From the NCBI GenBank assembly GCA_039028615.1, contig JBCCHT010000002.1, positions 448,001-512,000 on the forward strand: 64,000 nucleotides of DNA, written 5' to 3'. Positions 38,828-55,557 of this stretch are shown here, one piece after another; position 1 is the stretch's first letter, and each line of letters begins with the position of its first letter. The translations under genes were made by a program, and so were the position numbers. The notes beneath the pieces are model-generated. The model made no database searches and was not told where the DNA came from. It saw only the letters and a list, made by a program, of their open reading frames with translations. The DNA comes from Myxococcota bacterium. GTDB lineage: Bacteria; Myxococcota_A; Polyangia; Nannocystales; Nannocystaceae.

Positions 38828-40180
38828 TTAGTCGAGCGGCTTGGCCATGGTGACGAGTTCTTCGGCCGAGGTGGGGTGGATGCCGACCGTCGCGTCGAAC
38901 TGGGCCTTGGTCGCGCCGCAGCGCAGCGCCACGGCAAAGCCCTGGATGATCTCGCCCGCATCGGGGCCGACCATGTGCACACCGAGCACCTTGTCGGTGT
39001 CGCGATCGACCAGCAGCTTCATCATCGTGCGATCCTGACGACCGGGCAGCACGTTCTTCATCGGTCGGAAGTTCGTGCGGTACACGTCCACGTGCGGGTA
39101 GCGAGTGCGGGCCTCTTTTTCGGTCATGCCCACCGTGCCCACCTGGGGCTGCGAGAACACGGCCGTGGGCACGACCTGGTGGTCGATCTTGGTGGGGTTG
39201 TCGTTGAACAGGGTCTCGGCGAGGGCGCGGCCGTCGGCGATGGCCACGGGCGTCAGGTTGAGCCGGGTCGTGGCATCACCCACCGCGTAGACGCTGGGCA
39301 CGTTGGTCCGCGACCACTCGTCGACCTCGATGGCACCGTGCTCGTCGGTCTTGATGCCCAGGTCCTCGAGGCCCAGGTTGCGGGTGTTGGGCCAGCGCCC
39401 GGTCGCCCACATGAACACGTCCGCCTCGTGCTCGGTGCCTCCGCGACAGACGGCGACGACCTTGTCGCCGCGCTTTTCGAGCCACTCGAGGTCGGTGTGG
39501 GTCTTGATCTCGATCCCCCGACGCTGCAGTTCCTCGGCCAGGGCGTTGTGCACGTCGTCATCGAAGCCCCGCAGCACGCCGTAGCCCCGCACCAGCAAGG
39601 TGACCTTGGACCCCGCCCCCGCGAAGATGCCCGCGAACTCCACCGCGATATAGCCTCCGCCCACGATCACCAGGTGCTCGGGGATGGTGGTCAGATCGAG
39701 CGCCTCGTTGGAGGTGATGCCCAGCTCCGCCCCGGGGATCTTGGGCACGTGCGGCCAGCCCCCAGTGGCGATCAGGATGTTCTCGGCGGTGTAGCGCTTG
39801 CCCTCGACCTCGACGGTGTGCGGGTCGACCAGGGTGCCGCGGCCGTTGATGATCTCGACCCCCGACTGACCCAACATGCGCAAGTAGATGCCGTTGAGTC
39901 GATCGAGCTCGGCGTCCTTGGCCGCGACCAGGCGCGCCCAGTCGAGGGTGCTCTCGCCGATCGACCACCCGTAGCCGCTCGCGTCTTCGAGGTCGTCACG
40001 GAAGTGCGAGGCGTAGACGAGCAACTTCTTGGGCACGCAGCCGCGCAGCACACAGGTGCCGCCGACGCGACTGGACTCGCAAATCGCCACCCTGGCGCCG
40101 TAGCTCCCGGCACGGCGACTGCTCGCCACGCCCCCGGACCCCGCACCGATGGTGAACAAATCGTAGTCGTACTTGGACAT
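38828..40180 (-). CDS. gor: Glutathione-disulfide reductase
   Basis: GAGSGG, GGTCVLRGCVPKK, GGGYIAVEFAG, VGIHPTSAEE. Confidence 0.93.
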   Translation of the reverse strand: MSKYDYDLFTIGAGSGGVASSRRAGSYGARVAICESSRVGGTCVLRGCVPKKLLVYASHFRDDLEDASGYGWSIGESTLDWARLVAAKDAELDRLNGIYLRMLGQSGVEIINGRGTLVDPHTVEVEGKRYTAENILIATGGWPHVPKIPGAELGITSNEALDLTTIPEHLVIVGGGYIAVEFAGIFAGAGSKVTLLVRGYGVLRGFDDDVHNALAEELQRRGIEIKTHTDLEWLEKRGDKVVAVCRGGTEHEADVFMWATGRWPNTRNLGLEDLGIKTDEHGAIEVDEWSRTNVPSVYAVGDATTRLNLTPVAIADGRALAETLFNDNPTKIDHQVVPTAVFSQPQVGTVGMTEKEARTRYPHVDVYRTNFRPMKNVLPGRQDRTMMKLLVDRDTDKVLGVHMVGPDAGEIIQGFAVALRCGATKAQFDATVGIHPTSAEELVTMAKPLD

Positions 40181-40249
40181 GCGTTCCCCGACGCTACGCA
40201 GGGGGACGCCCTGGTTGCAAGCCGCCCCCGGCGAAGCGGGCGCCGAGGC

Positions 40250-40996
40250 TCAGTGACCCAAGCCGAGGCCCTGGGCGGCCTCGCGTCGCAGGGAGGCGAA
40301 GGGGCGATTCCAACGCGGTACGGCGTCGACGCGCCAGGCCTCGAGCGGGAGCAGGCCCTCCACCGCCAGGTGCTCGTGCAGCGTGATCTCGGCCGCGGGC
40401 TCGCGGGAAAACCCAAAGGGGTTGCGAGGGCGACCGTCGGGCAGCGGCGGGTACTTCTGGTCTCGCCCCTCCGCGATCAGCACCAGCAGCTCCTGGCCGC
40501 GATGGAGCATGAAGGCGAGGAACTCGGGATCGAAGGGTCCGATGTCGACGCGCGAAGCCGGCTCGCGGGCGACCCACTTGGCCCAGTCGAAGCCGTAGAC
40601 GAAGTCGTGCACGTAGCGGAAGCGGATCACGGTGCCGCCCCCGAACAGGCGCTGGAGTTCGACGATGCGCTGGCCCTGTCGACCGATGAAGGCCACGGGA
40701 TCGTCCACCGTTCGCGCGCCCGCCCAGATCGACGCCGCGAGGCTCTCGAGATCCCCGAAGAGGTTCTCGGGGAAGGACTCCTGCATCGACACCGCGACCG
40801 CGGCCAGGGTGTCGGCGAAGGCCACCGCGACCGCATCGTCTCGCCCGCCGAGCACGAGCCGGCTGGTCTCGGTCAGCGAGCGCGCCCGAGAGCGACCCGG
40901 GGCCAGGCTGCGCCAAGGGGTCCGCGCCAGTCGAGCATCGGCGGCGGCGAGGCGCTGGCTGACGGCGGCGGCGGCCGTGGACGTCGAGGTCATCAT
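40250..40996 (-). CDS. Hypothetical protein coupled to the prenyltransferase
   Basis: ATGA overlap; motif-like FPENLFGD, RFRYVHDFVYGFDWAKW, RNPFGFSRE. Confidence 0.7.
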   Translation of the reverse strand: MMTSTSTAAAAVSQRLAAADARLARTPWRSLAPGRSRARSLTETSRLVLGGRDDAVAVAFADTLAAVAVSMQESFPENLFGDLESLAASIWAGARTVDDPVAFIGRQGQRIVELQRLFGGGTVIRFRYVHDFVYGFDWAKWVAREPASRVDIGPFDPEFLAFMLHRGQELLVLIAEGRDQKYPPLPDGRPRNPFGFSREPAAEITLHEHLAVEGLLPLEAWRVDAVPRWNRPFASLRREAAQGLGLGH

Positions 40997-41943
40997 CGGG
41001 CGCCGATCCCCCCGCCCAGCAGGCCGGCCAAGGCGAGCATGGCCGTCATCATGAGCCCGCCCCGCCAGATGCACTGGTGCAGGACGAACTTGTAGCGGCG
41101 ATGCATCGCGTCGCCGAAGTCGCGGGCCTCGATGAGCAGGTCGCGATAGTCGGCGACCATCACCACGATGACCGGCAAGACCATCCACAGCTGAGCGTAG
41201 CTCGGGGCGAGCCAGGGCAAGGCCGCCCACACGAGCATGGCCCCCACCACGAGCCCTTCCGCGGCCTGTCGCACCGCGACCGCGCCGAACATGGTGGTGA
41301 AGGTTCGCTTGCCGCCGAGGCGGTCGCTCTCCTCGTCGGCGAGGCCGCTGGCGAGCGCACTGGACAGGCACAGCAAGGCGAAGGCGGGCAGGACCACGAC
41401 CCCGGCCGGCGTCGGGTTGCCGCTCTGCACGAACGCGTTCCACCAGGGCAAGAAGAAGCCCACGCCGAGCATCTCGAGCACCTCGCCCCCGCCCCGGTAG
41501 TTCAGGCGAATGGGCGGCAGCGTGTAGAGCACGAGCAACAGCAAGCAGCCCGCCGCCGCACCGAGCAAGCCGGGCCGGCCGAGCATGTGCTCTCCGAGAC
41601 CGGCCAACGCCAACGCCAAGACGCCCGCCCCCGTGCCGCCCAGGAGCACCGAGCTCGACTCGAGCACGTCGTCGGGGATGGTCTTGGGCGAGCACCCGTC
41701 GGGATAGAGTCGGCGCTTGATGACGTCGACCTCTTGGTCGCCCCAGTCGTTGATCAGCACGACGAACGCGAGGAACACCACCGTGAACGCCACGCCGAGG
41801 ACGAGGCCGAGCCAATCGACGTAGCCGCCCGCCGCGATTCCGATGCCCTGGCCGAGCCCCGCAGCCACGAGCAGCTTGGGCCAGCTCGCCGGCTTGAGCG
41901 CGTAGAGCCAGCGCCGATGCGAGGGGAGCTCGGCGGGGTGCAC
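40993..41943 (-). CDS. UbiA/MenA-family prenyltransferase
   Basis: NDWGDQEVD, YTLPPIRLNYRGGGE, DEESDRLGGKRT; multiple TM helices. Confidence 0.85.
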   Translation of the reverse strand: MHPAELPSHRRWLYALKPASWPKLLVAAGLGQGIGIAAGGYVDWLGLVLGVAFTVVFLAFVVLINDWGDQEVDVIKRRLYPDGCSPKTIPDDVLESSSVLLGGTGAGVLALALAGLGEHMLGRPGLLGAAAGCLLLLVLYTLPPIRLNYRGGGEVLEMLGVGFFLPWWNAFVQSGNPTPAGVVVLPAFALLCLSSALASGLADEESDRLGGKRTFTTMFGAVAVRQAAEGLVVGAMLVWAALPWLAPSYAQLWMVLPVIVVMVADYRDLLIEARDFGDAMHRRYKFVLHQCIWRGGLMMTAMLALAGLLGGGIGAR

Positions 41944-42167
41944 GCGGGGAAGTCTAGCAGCGCTGCCGCAACCGGCATGGCGAGGCGCAGCCACGCTTCA
42001 CTCACGGGTTTTGGAATCATTCGACAATTCGCCCCCGCGCAGGGGTCCCCGGACGTGGCGGCAAACCGCACGGTGGCGCCCCAGCCGGGCCCGCGAGGAT
42101 CGGCGCTCGGTCCGAGGGCCGCGTGGCGATCTCTTCCGCCCCGGCGACGAACCTTCGGTGCTGCCGA

Positions 42168-42602
42168 TCAGCCCTCGTCGTCGAGCGAGTACAGGCGCTG
42201 CTCGAGGGTCTCCTTGGCGTCCGAAAGCTCCGTGTCGAGCTCGAAGAACACCCGGTCGGTTCGATCGTCGCCTTGGTCCAGACCGCCGACGACCCACGAG
42301 AAGCTCCCTCGCAGCTGATGACGCGACCCGGAGCCGTCGTCGACCTCCAGCTCGAACGCCACCGCCACCGCGCTACGCGTGACGATGACCTTGCCTTCAT
42401 CGTCGGGACTCCGCCGGCCGCCGGTCAAGAAGTGTGGGTCGGGACCGAAGCGAAGCCAGACGAGCTTCGCGTCGGCGACCTGCTGCTGGAGCCCGCGCTC
42501 GATCGCATCGCGGATGGCTCGCCCCGGATCGTCACCGAGCCATCCCATCCAGTGATCGGCGTCGTTGATCGCGGTCAGGTCGTCCTGCACGTCGTTGACC
42601 AT
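42168..42602 (-). CDS. Hypothetical acidic protein
   Basis: Clean ORF with typical codon usage; no motif recognised. Confidence 0.6.
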   Translation of the reverse strand: MVNDVQDDLTAINDADHWMGWLGDDPGRAIRDAIERGLQQQVADAKLVWLRFGPDPHFLTGGRRSPDDEGKVIVTRSAVAVAFELEVDDGSGSRHQLRGSFSWVVGGLDQGDDRTDRVFFELDTELSDAKETLEQRLYSLDDEG

Positions 42603-42671
42603 AGCAGCGTTCGTTCGATTGCTCGGCCAGCGGCCGCATCGCTACTGTGAACGACGGACAGGCACCGACCC

Positions 42672-42968
42672 ATGGCCGACTCGAACGATCTGGATCGGCT
42701 GCAAGCACGCATCCGAGCCCACCCCGCCAACCACCGGATCCTCGAGTGGATGCGACTGGACCCCGCCGAGCCGATCCGGCACTTCGGGACCTGGGCGCAA
42801 CGCGGCCACGGGCTCGACCCTTCGGGCCGTCACCTGTGCAGCGACGTCGCGGAGTCACTGCCCGAGTACGAGAAGTTCGTGATCGGGATGCACACCGGGT
42901 GCGTGCACCCGGCCGCCGGTCGGCTACACCCGGCCGCCGGTCGGCTGCACGCGGCCGCCAACGAGTAG
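42672..42968 (+). pseudogene. Short ORF, probably a disrupted gene
   Basis: Protein-like N-terminus, internal tandem duplication, then TAG. Confidence 0.35.
42906..42959. repeat. 21-bp tandem repeat, about 2.5 copies
   Basis: CACCCGGCCGCCGGTCGGCTA / CACCCGGCCGCCGGTCGGCTG / CACGCGGCCGCC. Confidence 0.85.
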
Positions 42969-43682
42969 CAAGGCGGCTCTGCTCGTTCCGAAACGGCACC
43001 AAGACGTCCGCACCGAGGGCTACGGGAGCCACGGTGGAGAAGATCTCCTCTCGCCTCGTACCCGGGCTCGATCATTCCGATTGCGACGCGCGCCGCCTTC
43101 GGTGTCTCGATGGCAGCTGTCATAACCGACGACATAGCCGACACTGCCACCGCGATCGATGGTCATCGAATGCACCACCGAAACGGCACGGGTCGTTCAT
43201 CGACCACTGTCTCGATGAACCCGGCGGCACGCATTGCGACCACGCTCGGCGGTGTTCGTTCCGCGAGTGAAGCATGGCCATGATGCCCACTTCCGAAGCG
43301 ACCGCATGTCCCATATTCATCGAAGGCATATACAGATGTGAACGCGTCGCACCGCACGACGCCGCCGACGCCATAACTGCCCGCTTTGACACGAATGACG
43401 GCAGCTAGAGCCGAATCCGTGGATTCTGTGAAACTTGTAAAAGAGCCTCGAACGCGGCAACGGATCGACCGGATCGGATCGTGACGTCGTCGCTACGCAA
43501 ACCTCCTGCATATCGTCGCTGAGGGCCCGACCGGCTACGAAAAATACACAGATCCGCAGGGGGAAAACATTTCGCCCCGAATCGAGATTCAAAATGTCCT
43601 TCCCCCTCCGCTCGATTCCATTAGCCTACTAGTGTCGCTGTACATTGATCGATGACGGCAGACCATCCGAAGCGCGATAGCC

Positions 43683-48251
<4,569 letters not shown>

Positions 48252-48253
48252 TC

Positions 48254-49723
48254 ATGGGTAAAGTCGACGGTTTCTTGCAGTGGAATCGGCAAATGCCGAA
48301 GCGCCGCCCCGCCCGGCTGCGCGTGCTCGACTACAAAGAGGTCTACCTCGAGCGTAGCGCCGAGCAGTCCAAGCAACAGGGCGGTCGCTGCATGGACTGC
48401 GGCATTCCCTTTTGTCAGCAGGGCTGCCCGCTAGGCAACCAGATCCCCGACTGGAACGACCTGGTGTTCCGGGGCCGCTGGAAGGAAGCCTGGCACGCGC
48501 TCGAGTCGACCAACGACTTCCCCGAGTTCACCGGGCGCCTGTGCCCCGCCCCCTGCGAGGGCGCGTGCGTGCTGTCGATCAACGAAGACCCGGTGACCAT
48601 CGAGCAGATCGAAAAAGAGATCGTCGAGCGGGCGTTCGCCGAGGGCTGGGTCCTGCCCCAGGTACCCGCCCGCGCCACGGGCAAGCGGGTGGCCGTGGTC
48701 GGCTCGGGACCCGCGGGATTGGCCGCGGCCCGACAGCTGCGACGGGTAGGCCACGAGGTCCGCGTCTTCGAACGCGACGAGCGAATCGGCGGCCTGCTCC
48801 GCTACGGCATCCCCGACTTCAAGCTCGAGAAATGGGTCATCGACCGCCGCATCGCGGTCTTGGAGGCCGAGGGAATCCAGTTCGAGACCGGGGTCGAGGT
48901 CGGCACCGATCCCACGTGGTCCACCTTGCGCGACGAGTTCGACGCGGTGGTGATCGCCACCGGGGCCATGGCCGCGCGCGACCTCGACGTGCCCGGCCGC
49001 GGGCTCCAGGGCGTGCACCTGGCGATGACCTACCTCGCCCGCCAAAACCGGGTGCTCACCGCCGACACTCCGCTCGATCCCCAGCTCAACGCCAGCGGCA
49101 AGCGAGTGGTGATCCTCGGCGGCGGCGATACGGGCTCCGACTGCCTGGGCACCGCGCTGCGCCAAGGCGCCGCCCAGGTCACGCAGATCGAGCTGATGCC
49201 GAGCCCGCCCGACCAGCGGGGCCCCCAAAACCCCTGGCCGCAGTGGCCGTTCATCATGCGGACCTCCTCGAGCCAAGAAGAAGGCGGCGCGCGACAGTTC
49301 GCGATGATGACCACCTCGCTGTCCGGGACCGACGGGAAGCTCGAGAAGCTGCACGGGGTGAAGGTCGAGATGCATCGCGAGGGCAGCTCGACCCGCCTGC
49401 GCCAGCTCGAAGGCACCGAGTTCTCCATCGAGCTCGACATGCTGATCCTGGCGCTGGGCTTCGTGGGTCCGGTCACCGAAGGCCTGGTCGATCAGCTCGG
49501 CATCGAGCTCGATGCCCGCGGCAACGTGGCCTCCCCCGCCGATGGATTTCGGACCTCGGTCCCCGGCGTTTATGTCGCGGGCGATTCGAAGCGCGGGGCC
49601 AGCCTCATCGTGTGGGCCATCAGCGACGGACGCGAGGCGGCCCGGGCCGTCGACGCCGATCTATCCGGGCTCGCGCCCCGGCTGCCGACTCGCGGCATCC
49701 ATCAGCCCTTTGGCGGGCGCTAG
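48254..49723 (+). CDS. gltD: Glutamate synthase small subunit
   Basis: RCMDCGIPFC...CP, FPEFTGRLCPAPCE, GSGPAG, GGGDTGSDC. Confidence 0.96.
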   Translation: MGKVDGFLQWNRQMPKRRPARLRVLDYKEVYLERSAEQSKQQGGRCMDCGIPFCQQGCPLGNQIPDWNDLVFRGRWKEAWHALESTNDFPEFTGRLCPAPCEGACVLSINEDPVTIEQIEKEIVERAFAEGWVLPQVPARATGKRVAVVGSGPAGLAAARQLRRVGHEVRVFERDERIGGLLRYGIPDFKLEKWVIDRRIAVLEAEGIQFETGVEVGTDPTWSTLRDEFDAVVIATGAMAARDLDVPGRGLQGVHLAMTYLARQNRVLTADTPLDPQLNASGKRVVILGGGDTGSDCLGTALRQGAAQVTQIELMPSPPDQRGPQNPWPQWPFIMRTSSSQEEGGARQFAMMTTSLSGTDGKLEKLHGVKVEMHREGSSTRLRQLEGTEFSIELDMLILALGFVGPVTEGLVDQLGIELDARGNVASPADGFRTSVPGVYVAGDSKRGASLIVWAISDGREAARAVDADLSGLAPRLPTRGIHQPFGGR

Positions 49724-49806
49724 ACCCCGTTCTCGCCGCGCAACTCACGCCCGCCGAGGATGCACCCGCATTCTCGGCGCGCGCATTTCGGGTTAGCGTC
49801 CCGGCC

Positions 49807-51407
<1,601 letters not shown>

Positions 51408-51411
<4 letters not shown>

Positions 51412-52778
51412 CCTCCGCCAAGATTTCTCGCCGACGCGCGCTCACGGGCCTCGCCGCCGCCGCGGCCGTGCCCACGCTCGGACTCGGGTCGGCCCACGCT
51501 GCGCCCGCGGCCCGCCGAGCGCGTCGGGGTCGTGCGCCAGCCGAGCCCGCCACCCTGCCCTTCGATGACCCCGAGGCCGGACACCTGATCTTCGTCGGCG
51601 GCCGCGTCGAGGTGGGCGACGGCACCGTGCACGAGCGCGGCGTGGTCGAGGTCCGTGGCACCCGTATCGTCTCGGTGCGCGCTGGAGATGCGGGCAACGT
51701 CGCGGGCGCCACCGTCATCGACCTGCAGGGCAAGCGCATCACGCCGGGCTTCATCGCCGCCGCGACGCCGCTGGGCCTCGTCGAGATCGACATGGAGGGC
51801 TCCACCGTCGACGCCGAGCGCCATGGCGACCCGATCCGCTCCGGCTACGACGCGTCGGAGGCGGTGCACGCCGACAGCAGCCTGATCCAGGTCAGCGCCA
51901 TCGAGGGCATCACCTCCGCCGCCGTGACCCCGCGGGGCGGGCTGCTGTCCGGGCAGGTCGCGTGGATCGATCTGGTCGCGGGAGACCACGCAGGCATCGT
52001 GGCCAAGTCCAAGATCGCGGCCGCCGGTCAGCTGGGGCGCACCGTCTCCGGCTCGCGTGCCGCCACCCTCACCCGCCTGCGCGAGGTCCTCGACGACGCC
52101 GCCGTCTATCGAGACAAGCGCGGCGCCTTTGACAAGCGGCAGACCCGGGACCTGTCCGCCCATCGCCTCGACCTCGAGGCGCTCGGCCCCGTGCTCGATG
52201 GCGAGGTCCCGCTGGTCGTGCGAGCCCATCGAGCCAGCGACCTGCTGGCGCTGGTGCGGCTGGCCAAGGAGTCGAGCCTCCGGCTGGCGATCATCGGTGC
52301 CGCTCAGGGCTGGAAGGTCGCGTCGGCCCTGGCCGAGGCCCAGATCCCGGTCATCGTCCAGCCCAGCAGCAACCTGCCCCAAAGCCTCGACCAGCTCGGC
52401 GCGCGCATGGACAACGCGGCGCGACTGCACAAAGCCGGCGTGCCCGTGGGCATCGCGGTGCTCGGCGAGGCCCACAACATCCGCAACGTGACCCAAGAAG
52501 CCGGGCTCGCGGTCTCCTACGGGCTGCCCCACGAGGTCGCGATCCGAGCCATCAGCCTCCAGCTGGCGCAGATCTACGGCATGGACGCTCACTACGGCAG
52601 CGTGGCCGCGGGCAAGGTCGCCAACCTGGCCGTCTGGGAGGGCGACCCCCTCGAGCTGTCGCAGATGCCTCAGCAGGTGTACGTGCGCGGCCGGGCCATT
52701 CCCATGCGCTCGCGACAGACCTTGCTCCGCGATCGCTACCGCGACCTGCGGCCCTTCGCCCGTGAGGACGATGGCTGA
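51408..52778 (+). CDS. Amidohydrolase-fold partner protein lacking metal-binding His; Tat-like signal
   Basis: SRRRAL; PGFIAAATPLGLVEI in place of DxHxH; GKVANLAVWEGDPL. Confidence 0.82.
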
Positions 52779-54249
52779 GCATCCCCTCGAGCCCTCGTCC
52801 GCGCAGCTCACCGAGTGGATCGAGGAGTTTTCTCGGTTCGCGGTCGATCATGTGCAGCGCTTGCCCCAAATGCATGCGCGAGGGCTCGAGCCCGGGCCCG
52901 CTCGCGAGCGCGCGCGCCAGACCCGGGTAGAGATCGGTGAGCAGCCCTTCGAGGGCGGCGTGCCCGGCCTCATCGACCGACTCGAGCGCGCAGCCGAGGC
53001 GGGCCTGCTCGCGCCCGGGCCGGGCTACCTCGCTTACGTGCCGGGCGGTGGCCTGCCCACCGCGGCCATCGCCGACCTCGTCGCCAACCTCCTCAATCGC
53101 TACACCGGGCTGACCGCCGCCGCGCCCGCGCTGTGTCGCTTCGAGGCCGACGTCATCGAGTGGCTGGCCCGTGCCTTCGGCTATGGCCCCGGTGCACGCG
53201 GCATCCTGTGCTCGGGGGGCTCGCTGGCCAACCTCTCCGCCGTCGTCACCGCCCGCATCGATCGCCTCGGCGAGCAGGCCGATCTGCGCAAGGCCGTGGT
53301 CTACACCTCGGCCCAGGCTCACCACAGTGTGAGCAAGGCCATCCGTCTCACCGGGCTACCCGGAAGCAGCGTGCGCACCGTGTCCGTCGATGCACGCCTG
53401 CGGCTTCAGCCCGAAGCGCTCGCGGCCCAGGTCGTCCGCGATCGTGAGGCGGGCTTGCTGCCCTTCCTGCTCGTATCCGCGGCGGGCACCACCAACACCG
53501 GGGCCATCGACCCCTTGCCTGCGCTCGCCGACCTCTGTGAAGAGCACGGCCTGTGGCACCACGTCGACGGAGCCTACGGCGGGGCCTTCGTGCTGTGCGA
53601 GGAGGGACGCCAGCGCCTGGCGGGCATCGAGCGTGCAGACTCGATCACCTTCGACCCTCACAAAGGCATGTTCCTGCCCTACGGAACCGGCTGCCTGCTG
53701 GTGAAGGACGGCGCCGCGCTCAAGCGTGCCCACGCGGGTGAGGCGGCCTATCTGCAAGACTTCGAAGAGGGCCCCGATCTGGCCCCCAGCCCCACCGAAC
53801 ACGGTCCCGAGCTGTCCCGTCCGTTCCGAGGGTTGCGACTGTGGCTGCCGCTCATGCTCCACGGCGCCGCCCCGTTTCGCCACGCATTGGCCGAGAAACT
53901 GGCCCTGGCGGACCGTTTTCACCGAGGCCTGCTGGCGCTGGCGGACGACGGCGCCCCGATCGAAGTCGTCGATCCACCGCAGCTGTCGACCGTCCCTTTT
54001 CGGTTACGACGACAGCCCGACGAGACGCTCGAGGCCTGGAACGCTCGCAATGCACGGTGGATGCAGGCCGCCAACGAGCGCGGTCACGTGTACATGTCGA
54101 GCACTGCGCTGCCGGTTGCCGATGGGGCCGCCTTCACGCTGCGCGCCTGTGTCTTGAGCTTTCGCACCCACGCCGAGCACATCGACCACGCCCTCGAAGA
54201 CTTGGCGCAGACGCTGCCGGGTGTAAGCTGCCGCGCGACTTCGAAATGA
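52771..54249 (+). CDS. Group II PLP-dependent amino acid decarboxylase
   Basis: SGGSLAN, AHHSV, AGTTNTGAID, HVDGAYGG, DPHKG, ELSRPFRGLRLW. Confidence 0.92.
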   Translation: MAEHPLEPSSAQLTEWIEEFSRFAVDHVQRLPQMHARGLEPGPARERARQTRVEIGEQPFEGGVPGLIDRLERAAEAGLLAPGPGYLAYVPGGGLPTAAIADLVANLLNRYTGLTAAAPALCRFEADVIEWLARAFGYGPGARGILCSGGSLANLSAVVTARIDRLGEQADLRKAVVYTSAQAHHSVSKAIRLTGLPGSSVRTVSVDARLRLQPEALAAQVVRDREAGLLPFLLVSAAGTTNTGAIDPLPALADLCEEHGLWHHVDGAYGGAFVLCEEGRQRLAGIERADSITFDPHKGMFLPYGTGCLLVKDGAALKRAHAGEAAYLQDFEEGPDLAPSPTEHGPELSRPFRGLRLWLPLMLHGAAPFRHALAEKLALADRFHRGLLALADDGAPIEVVDPPQLSTVPFRLRRQPDETLEAWNARNARWMQAANERGHVYMSSTALPVADGAAFTLRACVLSFRTHAEHIDHALEDLAQTLPGVSCRATSK

Positions 54250-54620
54250 ACCAACCCACTTCGAACGCCCTCGAGCACGCCCCCGTCTTCAGCTGGCACA
54301 AGAGCCACGACGGGCTCATCTACACGTCGGGCCATGCCGCTGTGGACATGGACGACTTCAAGCTCATGCGAGTCGACTTCGCCGAGGAAGTTCGCCTCGC
54401 GCTCGACAACTTGCGACGCACCCTGGAGCGCGCCGGCTCGGGCATGGACAAGGTCCTCAAGGTCACCATCTACCTCGCCGACCTGCGCCGCTACCCCGAC
54501 CTCAACCGGATCTACGCGAACTTCTTTCCCGGGGCGAACCCTCCCGCTCGCACCTGCGTCGAGGTGCAGCGCCTGCCCTACGATTTCCAGGTGGAGATCG
54601 AGGCCGTCGCCCACACCTGA
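54246..54620 (+). CDS. RidA/YjgF family imine deaminase
   Basis: YTSG, VLKVTIYL, LNRIY, PARTCVEV (catalytic Arg), VEIEAVA; ATGA overlap. Confidence 0.9.
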   Translation: MNQPTSNALEHAPVFSWHKSHDGLIYTSGHAAVDMDDFKLMRVDFAEEVRLALDNLRRTLERAGSGMDKVLKVTIYLADLRRYPDLNRIYANFFPGANPPARTCVEVQRLPYDFQVEIEAVAHT

Positions 54621-54623
54621 GCC

Positions 54624-55553
54624 GTGGTCCGGCGCATCGTTCTTTCACTGTGCGCCATCGCGGCGGCGTGTCGTCCCGCGCCGAGCCCCGAGTCCAGCTC
54701 GGCCTCGGCGAGCGCGGACGCCTACGTTCCCTACCTCGAGCGCAAGTCGGGGCACGAGACCCAGCTTCGGATCGACGGTCCTTCCCGCGGTCGCTACGAG
54801 CCGGGCTTCGTCCCCGAAGGCGCGCAGTCGGTGCAGTACCCGTCGGGCGAGCACGAGCTGCTGGCCTGGTACGCTGCGCCCCCGGATGCCTCGGGCCCCC
54901 GCCCCGCGCTGATCTACTTTCACGGCGACTTCTCGCTCGCCGCCCACGACTTCGAGGCGGTCCGGCCCTTCCTCGATGCCGGCCTGGTCGTGATGACCCC
55001 GGCGCTGCGAGGGGAGAACGGCAACCCCGGTCGGCTCGAGCTGCTCTACGGCGAGATCGACGACGCGGCCGCGGCCGCGGACTGGCTCGCGGCCCAGCCG
55101 GAGGTCGACCCCGAGCACATCTACGCCGTGGGCCACAGCATCGGCGGTGCGGTCTCGGCCATGCTCGCGCTGTACCCCGAGGCGCCCCTGCGCTTCACCG
55201 CCAGCGTGGGCGGCATCTATGTACCCGAGACCTTCCAACGCTGGAGCAGCTCCAAGAGCAATGCGGCCCTGGTGCGCTTCGACGCGTTCGATCCGATGGA
55301 AGGCAACCTGCGCACGCTGGGCCCCAACGTCCGCGACCTGGTGCACTCGCACCACGCGTACATCGGCGAGGGTGACTCCTGGTTCCACCCCAACGCCGAG
55401 TCGGTGCAGGCCGAAGCCGACCGCTGGGGTCGGCCCTTCACCATGGAGTACGTGGCCGGCGATCACATGAGCTCGCTGCAGCCCGCGCTCGAGCGCTTCC
55501 TGGGGCGAGTGCAGGCCGACCTCGACAGCGCCCCCAAAGCCGCTCAACCTTGA
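54624..55553 (+). CDS. Alpha/beta hydrolase lipoprotein
   Basis: Lipobox AAAC; YFHG, RGENGNPG, GHSIGG, GDH. Confidence 0.85.
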   Translation: MVRRIVLSLCAIAAACRPAPSPESSSASASADAYVPYLERKSGHETQLRIDGPSRGRYEPGFVPEGAQSVQYPSGEHELLAWYAAPPDASGPRPALIYFHGDFSLAAHDFEAVRPFLDAGLVVMTPALRGENGNPGRLELLYGEIDDAAAAADWLAAQPEVDPEHIYAVGHSIGGAVSAMLALYPEAPLRFTASVGGIYVPETFQRWSSSKSNAALVRFDAFDPMEGNLRTLGPNVRDLVHSHHAYIGEGDSWFHPNAESVQAEADRWGRPFTMEYVAGDHMSSLQPALERFLGRVQADLDSAPKAAQP

Positions 55554-55557
55554 TGGC

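Noticed and set aside
38822..41095. 757-aa plus-strand ORF and many similar long antisense ORFs
   Set aside because: Antisense shadows expected in high-GC DNA; the opposite strand carries clear genes
42906..42959. Repeat as a mini-CRISPR
   Set aside because: Units are directly adjacent with no spacers, and no cas genes are present
48412..49806. First half of the 999-aa ORF
   Set aside because: Off-frame shadow of gltD; the amidohydrolase starts near 49807
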